Positions 39,795 to 53,558 are shown, counted from the first letter of the stretch. The stretch is DNA of 64,000 bases from Octopus vulgaris (GCA_951406725.2 OX597820.1:2108001-2172000), one strand, 5' to 3'. Notes: a model not told the origin generated them from the sequence alone. Made by a program: numbers and translations.

Positions 39795-41448
39795 TAGGGC
39801 CTCCTTCGATCAGAGCTGAACATGGGTTGCAGCCTTACTGTTTTCAGCCCGGATGGAGCAGCATCTCCGTGGGTTAAACAGGCCTTATACAGTCTCCAGA
39901 TGCCAGCTCTCCATAGAGAACGTTCTTGGGGATGCGACCATCCTTTATGCGGTGGACGTGTCCTAGCCAGTGCAGTCTGCGTTATGGGACCAGGGTGAAC
40001 ATGCTGGGGAGGCTTGCAGGATTCAGGACCTCGGCGTTGGACACTCTGTGTTGCCAAGATATACCCAGCGTGTAGCGTAGACTTCTCAGATAGGAGATGC
40101 TGAGCTGCCTCTTCTGTCGGGCATCCGTGGCCCAAGTCTCACTGCCATATGACAGATGACACAGGCGCGTTATGCACTACCATCTTGGTCTTTAGCATCA
40201 GCTTGGGGTTTGTCCACACTCGGGTTGTGAGGCGGGCAAGCGTCGTGGCTGCCTTCGCAATCCTCTCATCAAGCTCTGTGTCCAGAGAGGGTTTGTCGAT
40301 GATGGTGGAGCCGAGGTGAGTGAGCTGATGGACGACATCGAGCTGGTAGTCATCGATTTCGATGACCAGCGGTGACTCTGTATCACGTCACGAGAGATGT
40401 GTCTTCTTTAGGCGGATGGTCAGCTCAAAATCCCTGTAGGCCCGAGAGAAGCAGTCCATCAGCCAAACCGGAGATCTTCTGAAAGCGTGTTACAACCGCT
40501 GCATCATCGGCAAACAGCATGTTTCCGATGAGGATTTTGCGCCCCTTTGTCCTCGATCTGAAGCGGATGGGGTTGAACAGCCTGCCGTCCGATCTTGGGC
40601 GCAGGAAAAGCCCCTCTGGTGCAGCGCCGAATGCATGCTTCAAGAGAAGAACGAAGAAAATCCCAAAGAGTGTGGGCACAAGGACGCAGCATTGTTTGAC
40701 GCCGCTGCGGATGCTGAATGGCTCTGAGGTGGCCCCGTTCCTGTCTCCTTCGTGTGGGTGTGAAAGGATTCGACCATCTTCTGCAGATTTGATGGGCAAC
40801 CAGTTTTGGGGAGTATCTTGAAAAAGCCGTCTCTTCAGACCAGATCAAACGCCTTGGTGAGGTCCATGAAAGCGACAAACGTAGGAGCATTTTATGTTCC
40901 CTGCACTTCTCCTCGAGTTGGCAAAGCGGGGAAGTTCATGTCTATTGTTGATCTCTCAGCTCGGAAGCCGAGCTGTAACACTGGGTAGACAAGTTCGCAC
41001 AGCATCTGCAAGTGGACAAAGACGACCCGTGCGAATACATTGCCGACGACAATGAGGAGGGAGAAAGGTACAGGGATGCCGTAGACACTGAGAAGGGTTA
41101 GGATGTTCGACGTCGGCAGTGATACAAGGGAGCCGACGACACTGACATAGGAAATGCCCGACACTGATACAGGGATGCCGGCGAGACTGAAAAGGGAGAT
41201 ACTCGACAACGGTAGTGATGCGTGGATGGCAACGGCACTCAGAAAGGGAGATTCCCGGCGCCGGCAGTGATACAGGGATGCCGACGACGATGACACTGAG
41301 AAGGGAGATGTCCCCCTGCAGCTGTTGCAGTCACTTCTTTCGACCTCGTTCTTGTATAGTTTGGTAATGTTTGTGCCCGTCATATCCTATGGAACAGCAC
41401 CTTCTTGTCAGCGCTGACAGAAGACCCCATTCAGTAGCTGAAGTAGGG
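39795..41448 (-). mobile_element. RTE/BovB-like LINE RT region, decayed
   Basis: GFRAERSTIDM, AFMDLTKAFDLV, GVKQCCVLVPTLFGIFF, RSDGRLFN and MLFADDAA. Confidence 0.9.
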
Positions 41449-41459
41449 TCACCCTACAT

Positions 41460-41720
41460 TATTTACCCCCATCTCTACTGCAAGGGCTTTGATTTGGAAG
41501 CCAGATTCTCTCAGCTTGATCGCTAAACTCTTATTGTAGTTGTGGACATCCGCCATTCTGCGTTCGGATGAAACACTATGGTCGACCAGAATCCCTTGTC
41601 TTGATGAAACTGAGTTGAGTACAACTTCTGGTCTCATACCATCCTTGTTGAGGGTGTCCGAGTGATTCTTCCATTCTCGAAGCTTCGCTGTGTATTCCGA
41701 GTCATCCGTTCCATCCAGTG
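41460..41720 (-). mobile_element. Second HERO-like restriction-like endonuclease remnant
   Basis: GMRPEVVL...GILVDHSVSSERRM...LRESGFQIKALAVEMG resembles a degenerate RPD..ELTVP.E..R..VEVG motif. Confidence 0.55.
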
Positions 41721-41822
41721 GATCGACTGAGTACATTATCAACTGAGTACATTATCGATTGAGTACATCTGTTCCTATTTACTCTTAGCAGTGGAAGACT
41801 CGGTATCAGCTTCTGACGTCAT

Positions 41823-41881
<59 letters not shown>

Positions 41882-42235
41882 CAGGGTGTAGCGTAGTGAG
41901 AGAGAGAGGAGAGATGCTGGTAGACTGAGACAGAAGGTATGTTTGTAGATAACTCTGTTTTGAAATAACAAGATCCTGTGTTCGATCTCACAGCAGGACA
42001 TCTATGGCGTAACCTCGGGTTGCTTCGAGCCCCAGGAGAAAATAGTGGGTTGATGGAAATTGCGAGGAATCAAAGGTTCGGGATCAACTTTGTTACATAT
42101 TGTGGGTCACTGATTCACCTCTGAGAATTATTAAAGGGCAAATGGGTCTGTGAGATACTCAGCCACTTACAATGTTAATTTAACGTGTAAAATTGTTAAC
42201 TTCACCGAATAAAAAATGACCACCATCGCGCCTCA

Positions 42236-42236
42236 C

Positions 42237-42309
<73 letters not shown>

Positions 42310-42415
42310 TGATTCCATCCGTGCAAAATAAGGCGAAGGCAGTTTCCAAGACAGTCTTGAACGCTAGACCTCAATAGAGTGTCCGTCGCCCATTGTCCAC
42401 ACTTCTCTCATTTAG
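42236..42415 (-). mobile_element. Probable RTE LINE 3' tip with long (GAT)n tail
   Basis: (CAT)n at 42236-42309 abuts a short unique segment in tail orientation. Confidence 0.5.
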
Positions 42416-42608
42416 AATTTTCTCTAAGGTTCTCAACTCTCATCAACTCGGGCCTGCCTTCATTTTTTAATCTGTTTATCACTTTAATAAGATAACAGGA
42501 TTAAGGCCGTTTAATAGGATAGGTAGGGAGCAAGGTGAGAAGAAATGAAATAAAATAGTATAAAATAAAATGGGATAAGATATAGGGTGTCCCTAAAGTC
42601 AGGACACT

Positions 42609-42752
42609 TAGGAAATCTCATTGACTATATATTTTTTACCTATATAGGAAATCTCATTGACTATATATTTTTTACCTATATAGGAAATCTCATTGACTAT
42701 ATATTTTTTACCTATATAGGAAATCTCATTGACTATATATTTTTTACCTATA
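42609..42752. repeat. 36-bp tandem repeat x4 next to a Tc1-like terminus
   Basis: TAGGAAATCTCATTGACTATATATTTTTTACCTATA x4; preceded by TA-TAGGGTGTCCCTAAAGTC. Confidence 0.9.
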
Positions 42753-43237
42753 AATGTTATATTTTATCATACATTTTATTGGTGTTTCTTTGTTCGTTAC
42801 ATTTTTATGTTCGTTAACTCAGACTGTTGGTGCAAGAATAACGAAACTCAAACCAGCAACTCCCCTAATCCAGGGCTTCTATTTTTTTAAGGGCCACCTA
42901 ACTGGGGACCCACTACCTCCCTATTTTTACTGCATTTTAAACTAAATAGATGGCTTTGGCGACCAAATCAGAGCAATGTCAATGAATTTCATATCATGAA
43001 CTTCCAGAAAGTATCGTAAAGAGGTTCTGTTTCCGAAGGGCCGTTTAAATGAGGCCCACTGACCCCACCTATTTTTATTACATTTACTTTGCTCCTACGC
43101 TTATTGATTAAACTATGATCATCATCAGTGCTTAGCACATCTGCAGAAATAAATTTGGGCATTCTAAATACCTTCACGTACATTCAAATCGAGATAAAGA
43201 GTTATAACAGGGACGTTTCAAGTGTGGATATTTATTT

Positions 43238-45050
43238 AATAATAATAATAATGAAATTATTGTATACAGTGCTCAGGTGCACCACAACTTGTCAGAAAGT
43301 GCGTATAAAGTATATGCAGTAATGTACGAATGTCTGGAAAGCGAACAATGTATGAGTCAGATACATGCTTGTGTGTGTATGGAGGGGAGAGTATCAGGTG
43401 TAGTGTTGGCGAATCTCAGAAAGCATGGAAGTTTTGAAGGATGCAGTGCTCCGACAACTAACAACCGATGCCGGCAGTTTGTTCCATGCTTCAGCAACTC
43501 TCAGCGTGAAGAAATGTTTCCTAAAGTCATGGGAGCTGTGCTGTTTTCTGACTTTGTAAATATGTCCACGGGTGTTAGACGGGTGGAGTTCGAAAAGGTG
43601 CTCAGAGTTATTGTTTGTAAGATGGTTGATAATTTTATGGGTGTCTGCCAAGTCAGCTGCCAGACGTCGGAGTTTCAATGTGTCCATGCCCAGGGAAGTA
43701 AGGCGTTCAGGATATGGCAAATGCCTGATGGAGGGTATTCTTTTGGTAGCACGTCGCTGAACGGCTTCCAGACGATTGATATCCTGGGCAAGATAGAGGT
43801 TCCAGACCTGTGATGCAAATTCCAGGTGAGGTCTTACCATAGCTATATAAATAGATAGATAGTCGGAGAGCGGCTCACAAAGGACTTGGTGAGTGATGCC
43901 AAGACATCCTCAGCCTTCTTGACAATTTTAGCGATGTGTTTTGTCCAACGCAAATCACTGTCGACAATAACACCCAGGTCACGTTCACACGAAGACTTTT
44001 TGAGATTAGTGTTGTGGAGGGAGTAGGTGGACGTTGCGTTTCTCCTCCTAAAATGTATGGTGGTACATTTGTCCACAGCCAGCTTGAGTTGCCAGTCCAT
44101 GATCCACTGCTGCATTGTGTCCAGGTCTGCTTGCAATAGAGATCTATAGTGTACAGGATTTGACTTCTTTATTTCGAGGTACAGCTTGATGTCATCTGCA
44201 TATTTCAGCACTGTGGCATTCTTTAAGTTGGCATCTATGTCATTAACATATGCAACAAATAAAAGGGGTCCAAGAACAGATCCCTGTGGTACACCAGATG
44301 TCATCTCATAGGGTGAAGAGTGCTGTCCTAGAACTGTGACAACCTCTTTTCGGCCGAAAATAAAGGACTTCAACCAGTTATAGAGTTCGTCTCTGACGCC
44401 CAACGCAGAGAGTTTCACCATAATTCTTTTGTGTGGCACAGAGTTAAAAGCCTTAGCAAAGTCCAGGTAAACAACATCCACCCAGGATCTGCGATCAGTG
44501 ATTCGGGTAACGTCCTCAAGAAACTCAATGAGTTGATTACAGCAGCTGGAGTTAGGAATAAATCCGAATTGTGACAGCTGGATGAGGCTGTGAGACTTCC
44601 AGAAGTTCCAGAGGGTTTCCCTGATACAGGATTCCATCAGTTTGGCGATGCAGCTAGTAAGACTAACGGGGCGATAGTTGACAGGTGATGTGCGGTCACC
44701 TTTTTTGAACAGAGGGATAACACTGGCAGTTTTCCACTGCTCTGGAGTAACACCATTGTCAAGACAGAATTGGAAGAATAGGGAAAGTTGGCTTAGAAGA
44801 AATTACCCACGGCGTTTGAGAAGTAGGTATGTAACACCATTGAGACCAGGAGAGGCATAGTTACGTTTATTCTTTAGGTGGCGTTGTAGCATTGCTGGTG
44901 TAAATTGCATAGTAGATATAGAGTCCGGTGTCAGTGGTGATGAAGATAGAACATTTTGGTCTTCGACAGTAAAGATGCCGGCATAGCATCCAGCAATGAT
45001 TTCTGCACGTTCTTTGGGGTTGCCAGTAATGTCCTGTGCGGGGATGTCTA
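43238..45050 (-). mobile_element. 5'-truncated CR1-clade LINE (RT plus 3' UTR plus (ATT)n tail)
   Basis: NYRPVSLTS, YLDFAKAFNSVPH, GVPQGSVLGPLLF, KYADD, ERDLGV, VRPHLEF and WNKLP; few disruptions. Confidence 0.95.
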
Positions 45051-46434
45051 GTATATTATATACATATATTTTACATATTATATTTTATCTATATATTTTT
45101 CACTCAATGAAAATCACAGATGCAACACGATGGAACGCATAAAGAGTGAATATGCCCAAATTGACGGCCGCGTGGGGTTATTGCATCGGGTTCGCGTTAA
45201 CCTTGCCAAGCGCATCGGCTTTTGCATCACAAATGGTGGAAATCTTATTGAAGATGTTATTTGTGAATATTTCAATTGAATGAAAAGTTGACAATTTTAC
45301 GTGTATTTCTTGAAGATACACATTTTGCTTCTGTATCCAGACTTTACGGACATCCTTTAAATTGAATAAACTGGGGGAAATGGAAGAAAATAGAATAAAG
45401 TAAAGCAACATTGAATTCACTCACGGCAATAGAGTAGAAGGAGCTTTAATTTTCTGTAATAGGTTGGTGGATATATATCTGTTTTTAAAGATCATGGATA
45501 TAAAAGCTTTGAAGGTTTGTCGATAGAAATGTTTTCTTTTCAGAAACCTGACTGAAAGAGTTTATTCACTGCGATTCGAAGTGACACAGGTTTACTGGTT
45601 GTGTAAGGGAAACAACTGCGTCTTACTTCGAATTGGATTAGACATTTTAAGTTATTTCCCTTGTATTACATAAAAAATTGCTTTACGCAATGAAATTACT
45701 TCGAGTGTGTGTGCGTGCACGCGTACACACACACACACACACACACACACGTACACACACACACATTGAGACAGATGTCTGTGTAAGAGAGATAAAGATG
45801 ATGGAAATTCACCGACAGCGAGAAGAATGAGAAAGAAGTTTATAACACACACACAAATATATATACACATACACACACACACACAAATATATATATAGCT
45901 ATACACATACACACACATACACACACACGATGAAGAGATGAATGAGAGAGAAAGCGAGAGGGAGAGAAAGTGAGAGGGAGAGAGAGAAAGTGAGAGGGAA
46001 AGAAAGGGAGAAGGAGAGAGAGAAAGCGAGAGGGAAAGAAAGTGAGAGGGAGAGAGAGAAAGCGAGGTGTTAATTGATGACAAAGAAACTTAATCGTTAA
46101 TGTTAAAAATTAATTAAGAGAGACGAAATGATCGGATTTTAATTACGTTTTAGTGTTTCTTTTACTTTTTAGGGAATCCTCATAATTCTAATTTAACGCC
46201 TTAGAAAAAGAAAGGAAAACACGGGATTTGAACTCTGTACCACAGAACACGGAACTAAATATCGTTTCTTCTATCTAAAAGAGAATATATTTCTTTTCCC
46301 AGTCCAAGACTATCCACATGGATACACGGAAATTCGCCATAGCTGATCCCAAGCACGATGGAGACAGGAAGAGGGTGGTGGGTTAGCAGCCCCGCTTTAT
46401 CATCGAACGTTCTACATTGCTACAGAAACGCCGT

Positions 46435-46660
46435 GGAAAGTGCGTGGCCGAGTGGTCAGGGTGTTGCGTTTACGATTGCAAGATTGTGGTTTCGATTCTC
46501 GCATTATGTTCTTGGGCAAAACCTTTCTTCGTTCTATCTTGCTCCAGTCCACTCGGTAAATGAGTAACCCAGCGATGAATTGGCGTCCCGTTCCGAAGCG
46601 ATGTTCTGATCTTGGTCACCTGTGTTGCCATGGGAACCGAATAATCAGCCTTGTGAGTCC
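46435..46660 (+). mobile_element. Old tRNA-derived SINE
   Basis: TGGCCGAGTGG and GTTTCGATTC boxes plus a CORE-like segment; similar remnants near 4095-4190 and 61560-61740. Confidence 0.55.
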
Positions 46661-47166
46661 TGGAATTGGAGACAGTGATGACCAGGGGACTTACTGAAAC
46701 GCCAAGAGAATTTATGTAACCGGTCCTGCTAAGGGGAAGTAAGTCCTTGCAGACTGTGTAAGAAGCCGTGGTCGATGGCTACGCAAGTGAACAACGGCAA
46801 GCCATTTCCAGAGACGAACAGTGGTTCCCAACCACTTTTCTCCTTTGGGATCCTTGGATCCCTATTTTGCTCGGATGAACCCTCGCAACCATTCCATCTC
46901 TAAAAAATCCCAAAATATATTTTTTATAATGAAAAACTGTTAGGAATTCCATTTTTCGTTTTTTTTCTTTTCATTTGTTTCGTTCATTTAACTGCAGCCA
47001 TGCTGGAGCACCGCCTTTAGTCGAACAAATGGACTCCAGGGCTTATTCTTTGTAAGCCTGGTACTTATTCTATCGGTCACTTTTGCAGAAACACTAAATT
47101 ACGGGGACATAAACACACCAGCATCGGTTGAGAAGCGATGGCGGGAGGACAAAGACAGACACACAA

Positions 47167-47220
<54 letters not shown>

Positions 47221-47257
47221 TCTAGTTTCAGCTCAGAGCTGCGGCCATGCTGATGCA

Positions 47258-47334
<77 letters not shown>

Positions 47335-47951
47335 TATATATATGTATATATATATATATATATTATTTTTTTTTATTTATTTTTTATTTTATCTAGTTTC
47401 AGCTCACGAGCTGTGGCCATGCTGGGGCACTGCCATATATATATATTTTTTTTCGCCTAAGTAGTTTGATGCTGCCTTCTTTTATAATAATCCATGAAGT
47501 GAAAATGAATGAAACACTTGGTTTATGTTTGTTATTTGTTTTGGTTTTTTTGCGGGGATTGCTAAAGGCAACTAAAAAAATATGTTTAGGAATTACAAAA
47601 AAAAAAAAAAAAAATAATAGCTGCCATCTGTATGAAAAAACAGACAAGTTAATGTTATAATATTTAACCTTCCTTTGACTATATTTCTAGTGAAATTAAT
47701 AATGAATTTGGAGGGATTAAATAAAAGAACTCTTTCATTGTTAAGCTGGTGTTGAAAACAAAATATTTTTACCACACACACGTGTGTGCATATATATAGA
47801 TAAAATTCTTTAAGTAGAACTCATTTATTTTAGACATGATCAAGTCCATCAATACTCAGAGTTTCTCAACAAATGCAACCATTTAAGAAAAACCTGTTAC
47901 ATTATTGCACTCTGTCAGAAACTAAATAGTGACGAAGTGAATCATTAGTTT

Positions 47952-48075
47952 AACCCTTTCGTTACCAAACCGCCCAAAGCCGCCCGAAAAAAATTTTGGT
48001 TAATGTGACCAAACCGCCCAAACCTGCCCGTATTTACCTATTCATATTTAAATGAGAATATCAGAGCAAATCTCT
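47952..48075 (+). mobile_element. piggyBac-like left terminus
   Basis: TTAA-CCCTTT start with repeated ACCAAACCGCCC subterminal motif. Confidence 0.5.
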
Positions 48076-48099
48076 TTAGTACATTCGTGAAAACATGTG

Positions 48100-48140
<41 letters not shown>

Positions 48141-48150
48141 GTATAAAACA

Positions 48151-48310
48151 GCCATACTCTCTTCCTTCAGGGGAACCGCTCACAGCCTCTAACAATATCA
48201 GAGACCTGGGTGTAATTGTTGATGACGATCTGAGCTGGAGTGCACACATCAACAAGAAGGTCGATATAGCTCGTAGGATGAGTTCCTGGATCTTAAGAAC
48301 TTTCCGGTCC
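48151..48310 (+). mobile_element. Internal CR1 fragment between (TA)n tracts
   Basis: PYSLPSGEPLTASNNIRDLGVIVDDDLSWSAHINKKVDIARRMSSWILRTF. Confidence 0.8.
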
Positions 48311-49044
48311 ATATATATATATATGTGTGTGTGTGTGAGTGTATATATATATATATATATATACATATGAGAGGGATGACCACTTATGCTAGAAGTAGTT
48401 CCACTGTGGCCTTACCACTAAGAAATGTTCTCAAGAAAATTTAGCAAACAGCAGAACGTAAGTGAGCAAGGCAAAGGAAAAGTAAACTGAACCTTCAGTT
48501 TTTTAATATGCTAGACCACTGGTTTTAAACTGATGTTAATCAAATTAATGTCCAAATTTTTCACCCTCATTTTAATTATATATATATATATATATCACTC
48601 ATAAGGCTTTGGTCGGCCCAGTACTATAGTAGAAGACACTTTCCTAGGGTGCCACGCAGTGGGACTGAACCCGGAACCATGTGGTTGGGAAGCAAGCTTC
48701 TTACCACACAGCCACGGAATTGTATAAAATAATTGTTAGAATATTTTGTGTGTTGCATAAGTATAACCAATTTATTGCAGATAAATTTTAACAAGAAAAT
48801 CTTAAATGGACCCCAAAGGGTCAAGTGGACCCTGGTGGCGATCCAATGGAGATGAAGATAGATCTTTTGTTGGTTATCTTTACTCCACTCGGGGGTGGGG
48901 TCAAAAGACTTGAAGAAAGAAGATGCATACATATTTATACGTTTGCCAAAAGCATTGGTGACATCAGAGAACTCAGAATTAAAAGAGACAGAATAAATAT
49001 GAGACTTAATAATAATTACTGAAATTGATTTGTTCAACTAAACC

Positions 49045-49493
49045 GGGTACTTTTTGGTTATCTCACCCCCATTAAAACAATTGCCATTAAAAAACTGGGT
49101 TATCTCCCCACTAAAAAATCGAGTTAATGTGGCGACGAGAGATTGGATCGAAAGAGTTCGATCCTTTTGCTTCAATACTTCAACACATTGATGACTCTCT
49201 TGGCCTCCTCAATAGGAATGGTAGGATTTGGTATAAAAAATGTCATCAGATTCAATAAGATGTTTAATCTTTTCGCTTTTCATGTTTATTAATCTTTTCA
49301 GTTTTGTAGGATTTGGTATAAAAAATGTCATCAGATTCAATGAGATGTTTCATCGTTTCAGTTTTGTTTTTTCGGTTTATTGAGGGTTAAACATTTTTTT
49401 TAAGATGAGATAACCAAAAGTACCGATATTTCTCATAAAACTTGGGGAAATAACCCAGTTTTTTAATGGGGGTGAGATAACCAAAAAGTACCC
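49045..49493. mobile_element. TIR MITE nested in a family C SINE tail
   Basis: TIR GGGTACTTTTTGGTTATCTCACCCCCATTAAAA; internal duplication of about 45 bp (49221 and 49307); SINE sequence resumes after the element. Confidence 0.8.
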
Positions 49494-49837
49494 TAAAGGC
49501 AGTTCAGCCAGCATGGCTACAGTCCAATGACTGAAACAAGGGATGGATAAGCAATTAAAACTCATCAACTGCCATGGATGTAAAAACTCGTTCTAAAATT
49601 TCTTGTTTTTAGATAACAGGAGATCCAACCGTAACCAACCCGTTTCTAAGTCTATCTAGGAGTATTGAACATTTTTTGGTACCGGATCACCATGAATATT
49701 GTCTCCAACGCTCAATAATTCTTTCAGTAAAAGGCACAACGCCAGCAATTCGATAAGGGACAGTTTTCTTTGCTCGCTGACACAAACAAGGAAGCCATTG
49801 GCAATGTGCAATGGGCGGCGACAAGGAGACAGGCCTA

Positions 49838-49853
49838 CGTGTGTGTGTGTGTA

Positions 49854-49885
<32 letters not shown>

Positions 49886-50403
49886 TGTGTGTGTGTGTGT
49901 GACTGTGTATGTATTTGCGTGTGTGAGTGTGTCTGTGCTTCTGTGTGAGTGTGTGTGTGCTTCTGTGTGTGTGTGTGAATGCGTGTGTGTATGTGTGTGA
50001 GCGTATTTGTGTCTACGTGTGTGTGACTGTGTGTGTGTGTGTATGTATGTGTATATGCGCACGTTTGCGTGTGTTTGCTTGAGTATGCGTATGTGTGTGT
50101 GAGTGTGTGTGTGAGTCCCTATATCCCCTTTTTTATTTATCTTCGATTTGTCTCAGCCATGGCCTTACTGGAGCAAATCTTGGAACAAATCAACCCCAGC
50201 ACTTTTTCTTTTGTTGTTGTTCTTTTTAAAGTCATATATTTATTCTATCGATCGCTGTTTGCCAAACCGCTAAGGTACCGAGAAGTAAACAAATCAACAA
50301 CGATTGTCAGACAGTGGTGGATGGGACAAACACAAGCACATACACACACGCACATACACACACGCACACACACACACACACACATACACACACGCACATA
50401 CAC

Positions 50404-50436
<33 letters not shown>

Positions 50437-51036
50437 TGCTCGACGGGCTTCCACTCAGTCTCCGTCACAAGGCATTAGCCGTTCAGTGGCAACAGAAGAT
50501 CATACTTGCCCAAGGTACAACACAGGGACATTTTCATGTATACACACACGCACACACACGCACATACATACACACATGCATACATACGTACATACATACA
50601 TACATACATACATACATACATACACACATACATACATACGTACATGCATACATACATACATAAATACATACATGCATGCATTCATGTATACATACATACA
50701 TACATACATACATGCATGCATACATACAAACATACATACATACATACATACATACATGCATGCATACATACAAACATACATACATACATACATACACACA
50801 TACACACACACATACATACATACATACATACATACATACATACATGCATGCATGCATACATACATACATGCATGCATGCATACATACATACACACATACA
50901 TACATACATACATACATACATACATACATACATACATACATAAATACATACACACACACATACATACATACATACATACATACATACATACATACATACA
51001 TACATACATACATACATACATACATACACACACACA
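49838..51036. repeat. Large compound (TG)n/(CA)n/(TACA)n field with a SINE C remnant (50150-50520)
   Basis: Direct reading. Confidence 0.9.
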
Positions 51037-52899
51037 TATCCCGTAAACATATTCACTTTTACAATTAGTATCTAACTCAGTAAACCTTGTAATTATCAAA
51101 TTCCTGTCAGTCAACTGACACCAATAACAAACTAAAACCTTGATTTAGCTCTAATTAGATGTAGGATCCTTTTTACCTTACAATCCGTTAACAATAAACT
51201 ATAATGGAAGGCAGCAGAAACAACGGAAACTAAATGAAGCTCGAGCGCGGCAATGGATGAAGACAACGTTCGGAGATGACACAGAAATGTTGAAGGAGAT
51301 GAAACCATACAAAAGTAACGAACAAAAAGAAACGAGCACAACAACATAATCACCACTAAAAGCAGCAAATTTATTTAAATAAAATTGGATGTCTCATCAT
51401 CAGCTGCTTTGTCGGAAATCGTTGCCGTTTCGACAGCAAGTAGATCCAGTCGATCTAAAAATGATTTAAATGCTGCCCGGCAATTACTAGATTTGACATT
51501 AAAAACCCTAACATGTATTTGTGGTAGAATAGAGTTCTCACAAAACATAGGATATCATATACCTTTCCAAACAAACAATTACATAAGAAGTAATTGTATA
51601 TAACCGTACTGGAACCCCAAATGGTTAACACAGGCCGTAAAAGACGCACAGGAGTATTAAATGCGCTTCGATTCCAGCAGCATATATTTAGGATGAAAAG
51701 CCATTTTTAGTGCATTAAAGCATGTAATATTGAAAGCAATCTATCAGGACATTATAAAATCAGGTTAAGAAGAGCAGAAAACATTACATAAACATTAAGT
51801 TAGCCGTAAAATTGAACACAAAGCAAGAAATCCGGAAAAGGAAAATATAATAGTTGAGTAGAGGAATATAATGGATCAACTGTTATTAGTGATGATAATC
51901 CCTTTTACCGTACAAGTAATGATAATAATTCAAATTTATTTAAAAAAAAAAACAGAGACGAAGACAGGTGTAGGAACAACAAGCAAGTGTATTAGTTTGA
52001 CGCTCGAGAACAATGGAAAAGTCTTTACGTTTCGAGCCTAAGCTTTTCGATAGAAAGAGATAAGAGAAAATAAATTGAAAGAGAATGAAAAGAACTTGTT
52101 GAGTTCAGCGGCCCAACATAGCGAAGGGTCATTGATAATAGTAATGTTTAAGTAAACTACTGGTTTTAAATTCTGGCACCAGGCCAGCAATTTCTGGGGA
52201 GCGGTATGTCGACTAAATCGACCCCACTGTTCAACTGGTAGTTATTTTATTGACCCCGAAAGGATAAAAAGCAAAGTCGACCTCGGCGAAATTTGAACCC
52301 AGAACGTAAAAACGGGTATTTTACTTAAACATTATCATTATTATTCGCCATGTTGGACCGCTGAACTTACTATGTTTTTTCATTCTCTTTTTATTACCTC
52401 TTATTCCTTTCTGCCGAAGAGCATAGGCTCGAAACGTAAAAGACTCTTCCATTTTTCCCGCCGTTACGATTCTACCAGCTCGCCAGTCAAAGTAGAAGAA
52501 ACCATCTGGATTCAAATTAGCTTTTAGTAGTGAGAATCAAGGACAAGCTTGGTTTATGAGTGGCCTCACTTCGCTCATAGGAAACATGGTAATGTTTTAA
52601 GACACTTTCGGAAGAAAAAATGGCGTCTTATATGCCATCAAATATGGTGCCTTGAACCGATGCTTGTTAAAGCAATCTATGAATAACTATGAAGTGATAT
52701 TAAAAGTAAATGGAATGACATTAAGCGAAAATTAAATAAATCGAAAAATAGATATTGCATTAATGTTAATTAAACAATGAATTAAATAGTAAATTAATTA
52801 AAATTATGATCAATGAAAAGAAGATTTCACCTCCACAATTCGATTAACCAGCTGCGATATTCAATTCAGCGATCTCAACTGCGTCAGTCGTATGTTTAA

Positions 52900-53317
52900 C
52901 CCTTCAGCATTCAGATTTCTCTGTCGAATGTAATGTTTATTTATTCACATTGTTTTGAATTAATCATGTATTATCGTGTAGTTTTGAGATTTTGATGATG
53001 TAATTCTAGGTTTTAGAAATATATTGTAGAGTAAGTGTGAGAGGTGGGATCAGGCCAATTTTTTTTCCAATTTTTCAATTCAATTCTTATTGGCACAAAA
53101 AGCAAAAGCAAGGCCATGTAGGGGGACATGAAGTTATGTATAGGGAGGGTGGTCATACAAAGAGTTCAGGCCATTTCTGGTCAAGAGAGACTTTGAACCG
53201 AGCGGTCGTCGGCAGCTTCACTATCTCGTCCGGCAGCTTATTCCACGGATCCGCAATTTTAACATGAAACAGGTAGAATGTTATGGGCTTTGTTGGCCCA
53301 GTTTAAATGCTAAAGAG
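52900..53317. mobile_element. piggyBac-type MITE with nested CR1 3' end (53058-53256, minus)
   Basis: TTAA flanks; CCCTTCAGCATT and AATGCTAAAGAG termini; insert encodes ADPWNKLPDEIV...FKVSLDQKW. Confidence 0.75.
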
Positions 53318-53526
53318 TTAAACGGTTCGTGTGAATTACTTGATACGACGACAAGAAATACAAACCTACAAAACATTTACCGATGATAAAACAGAGTCGA
53401 GAAGACACAGAACCTTCCAGAAGCGACATCTGCGTAAAAATAAACCAAATAACAATTAAAAAGAATGGTCAGCGGTTTGAATAAAACGGGTGAGAGAAAT
53501 TACATACATATGTATATATACATACA

Positions 53527-53558
<32 letters not shown>

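Noticed and set aside
42180-42374. Poly-Met ORF
   Set aside because: It is a (GAT)n retroelement tail.
42609-42752. 36-bp repeats as a CRISPR array
   Set aside because: Units are contiguous with no spacers, there are no cas genes, and the context is eukaryotic.
43394-44637. RT ORFs as an active or domesticated gene, or a bacterial retron-like system
   Set aside because: Ordinary 5'-truncated CR1 with frameshifts, no endonuclease and a typical 3' tail.
50033-51114. Long ORFs (337 aa, 204 aa) and all similar YIHT/MYVC/CVCV ORFs in the window
   Set aside because: They are translations of stop-free microsatellites, not genes.
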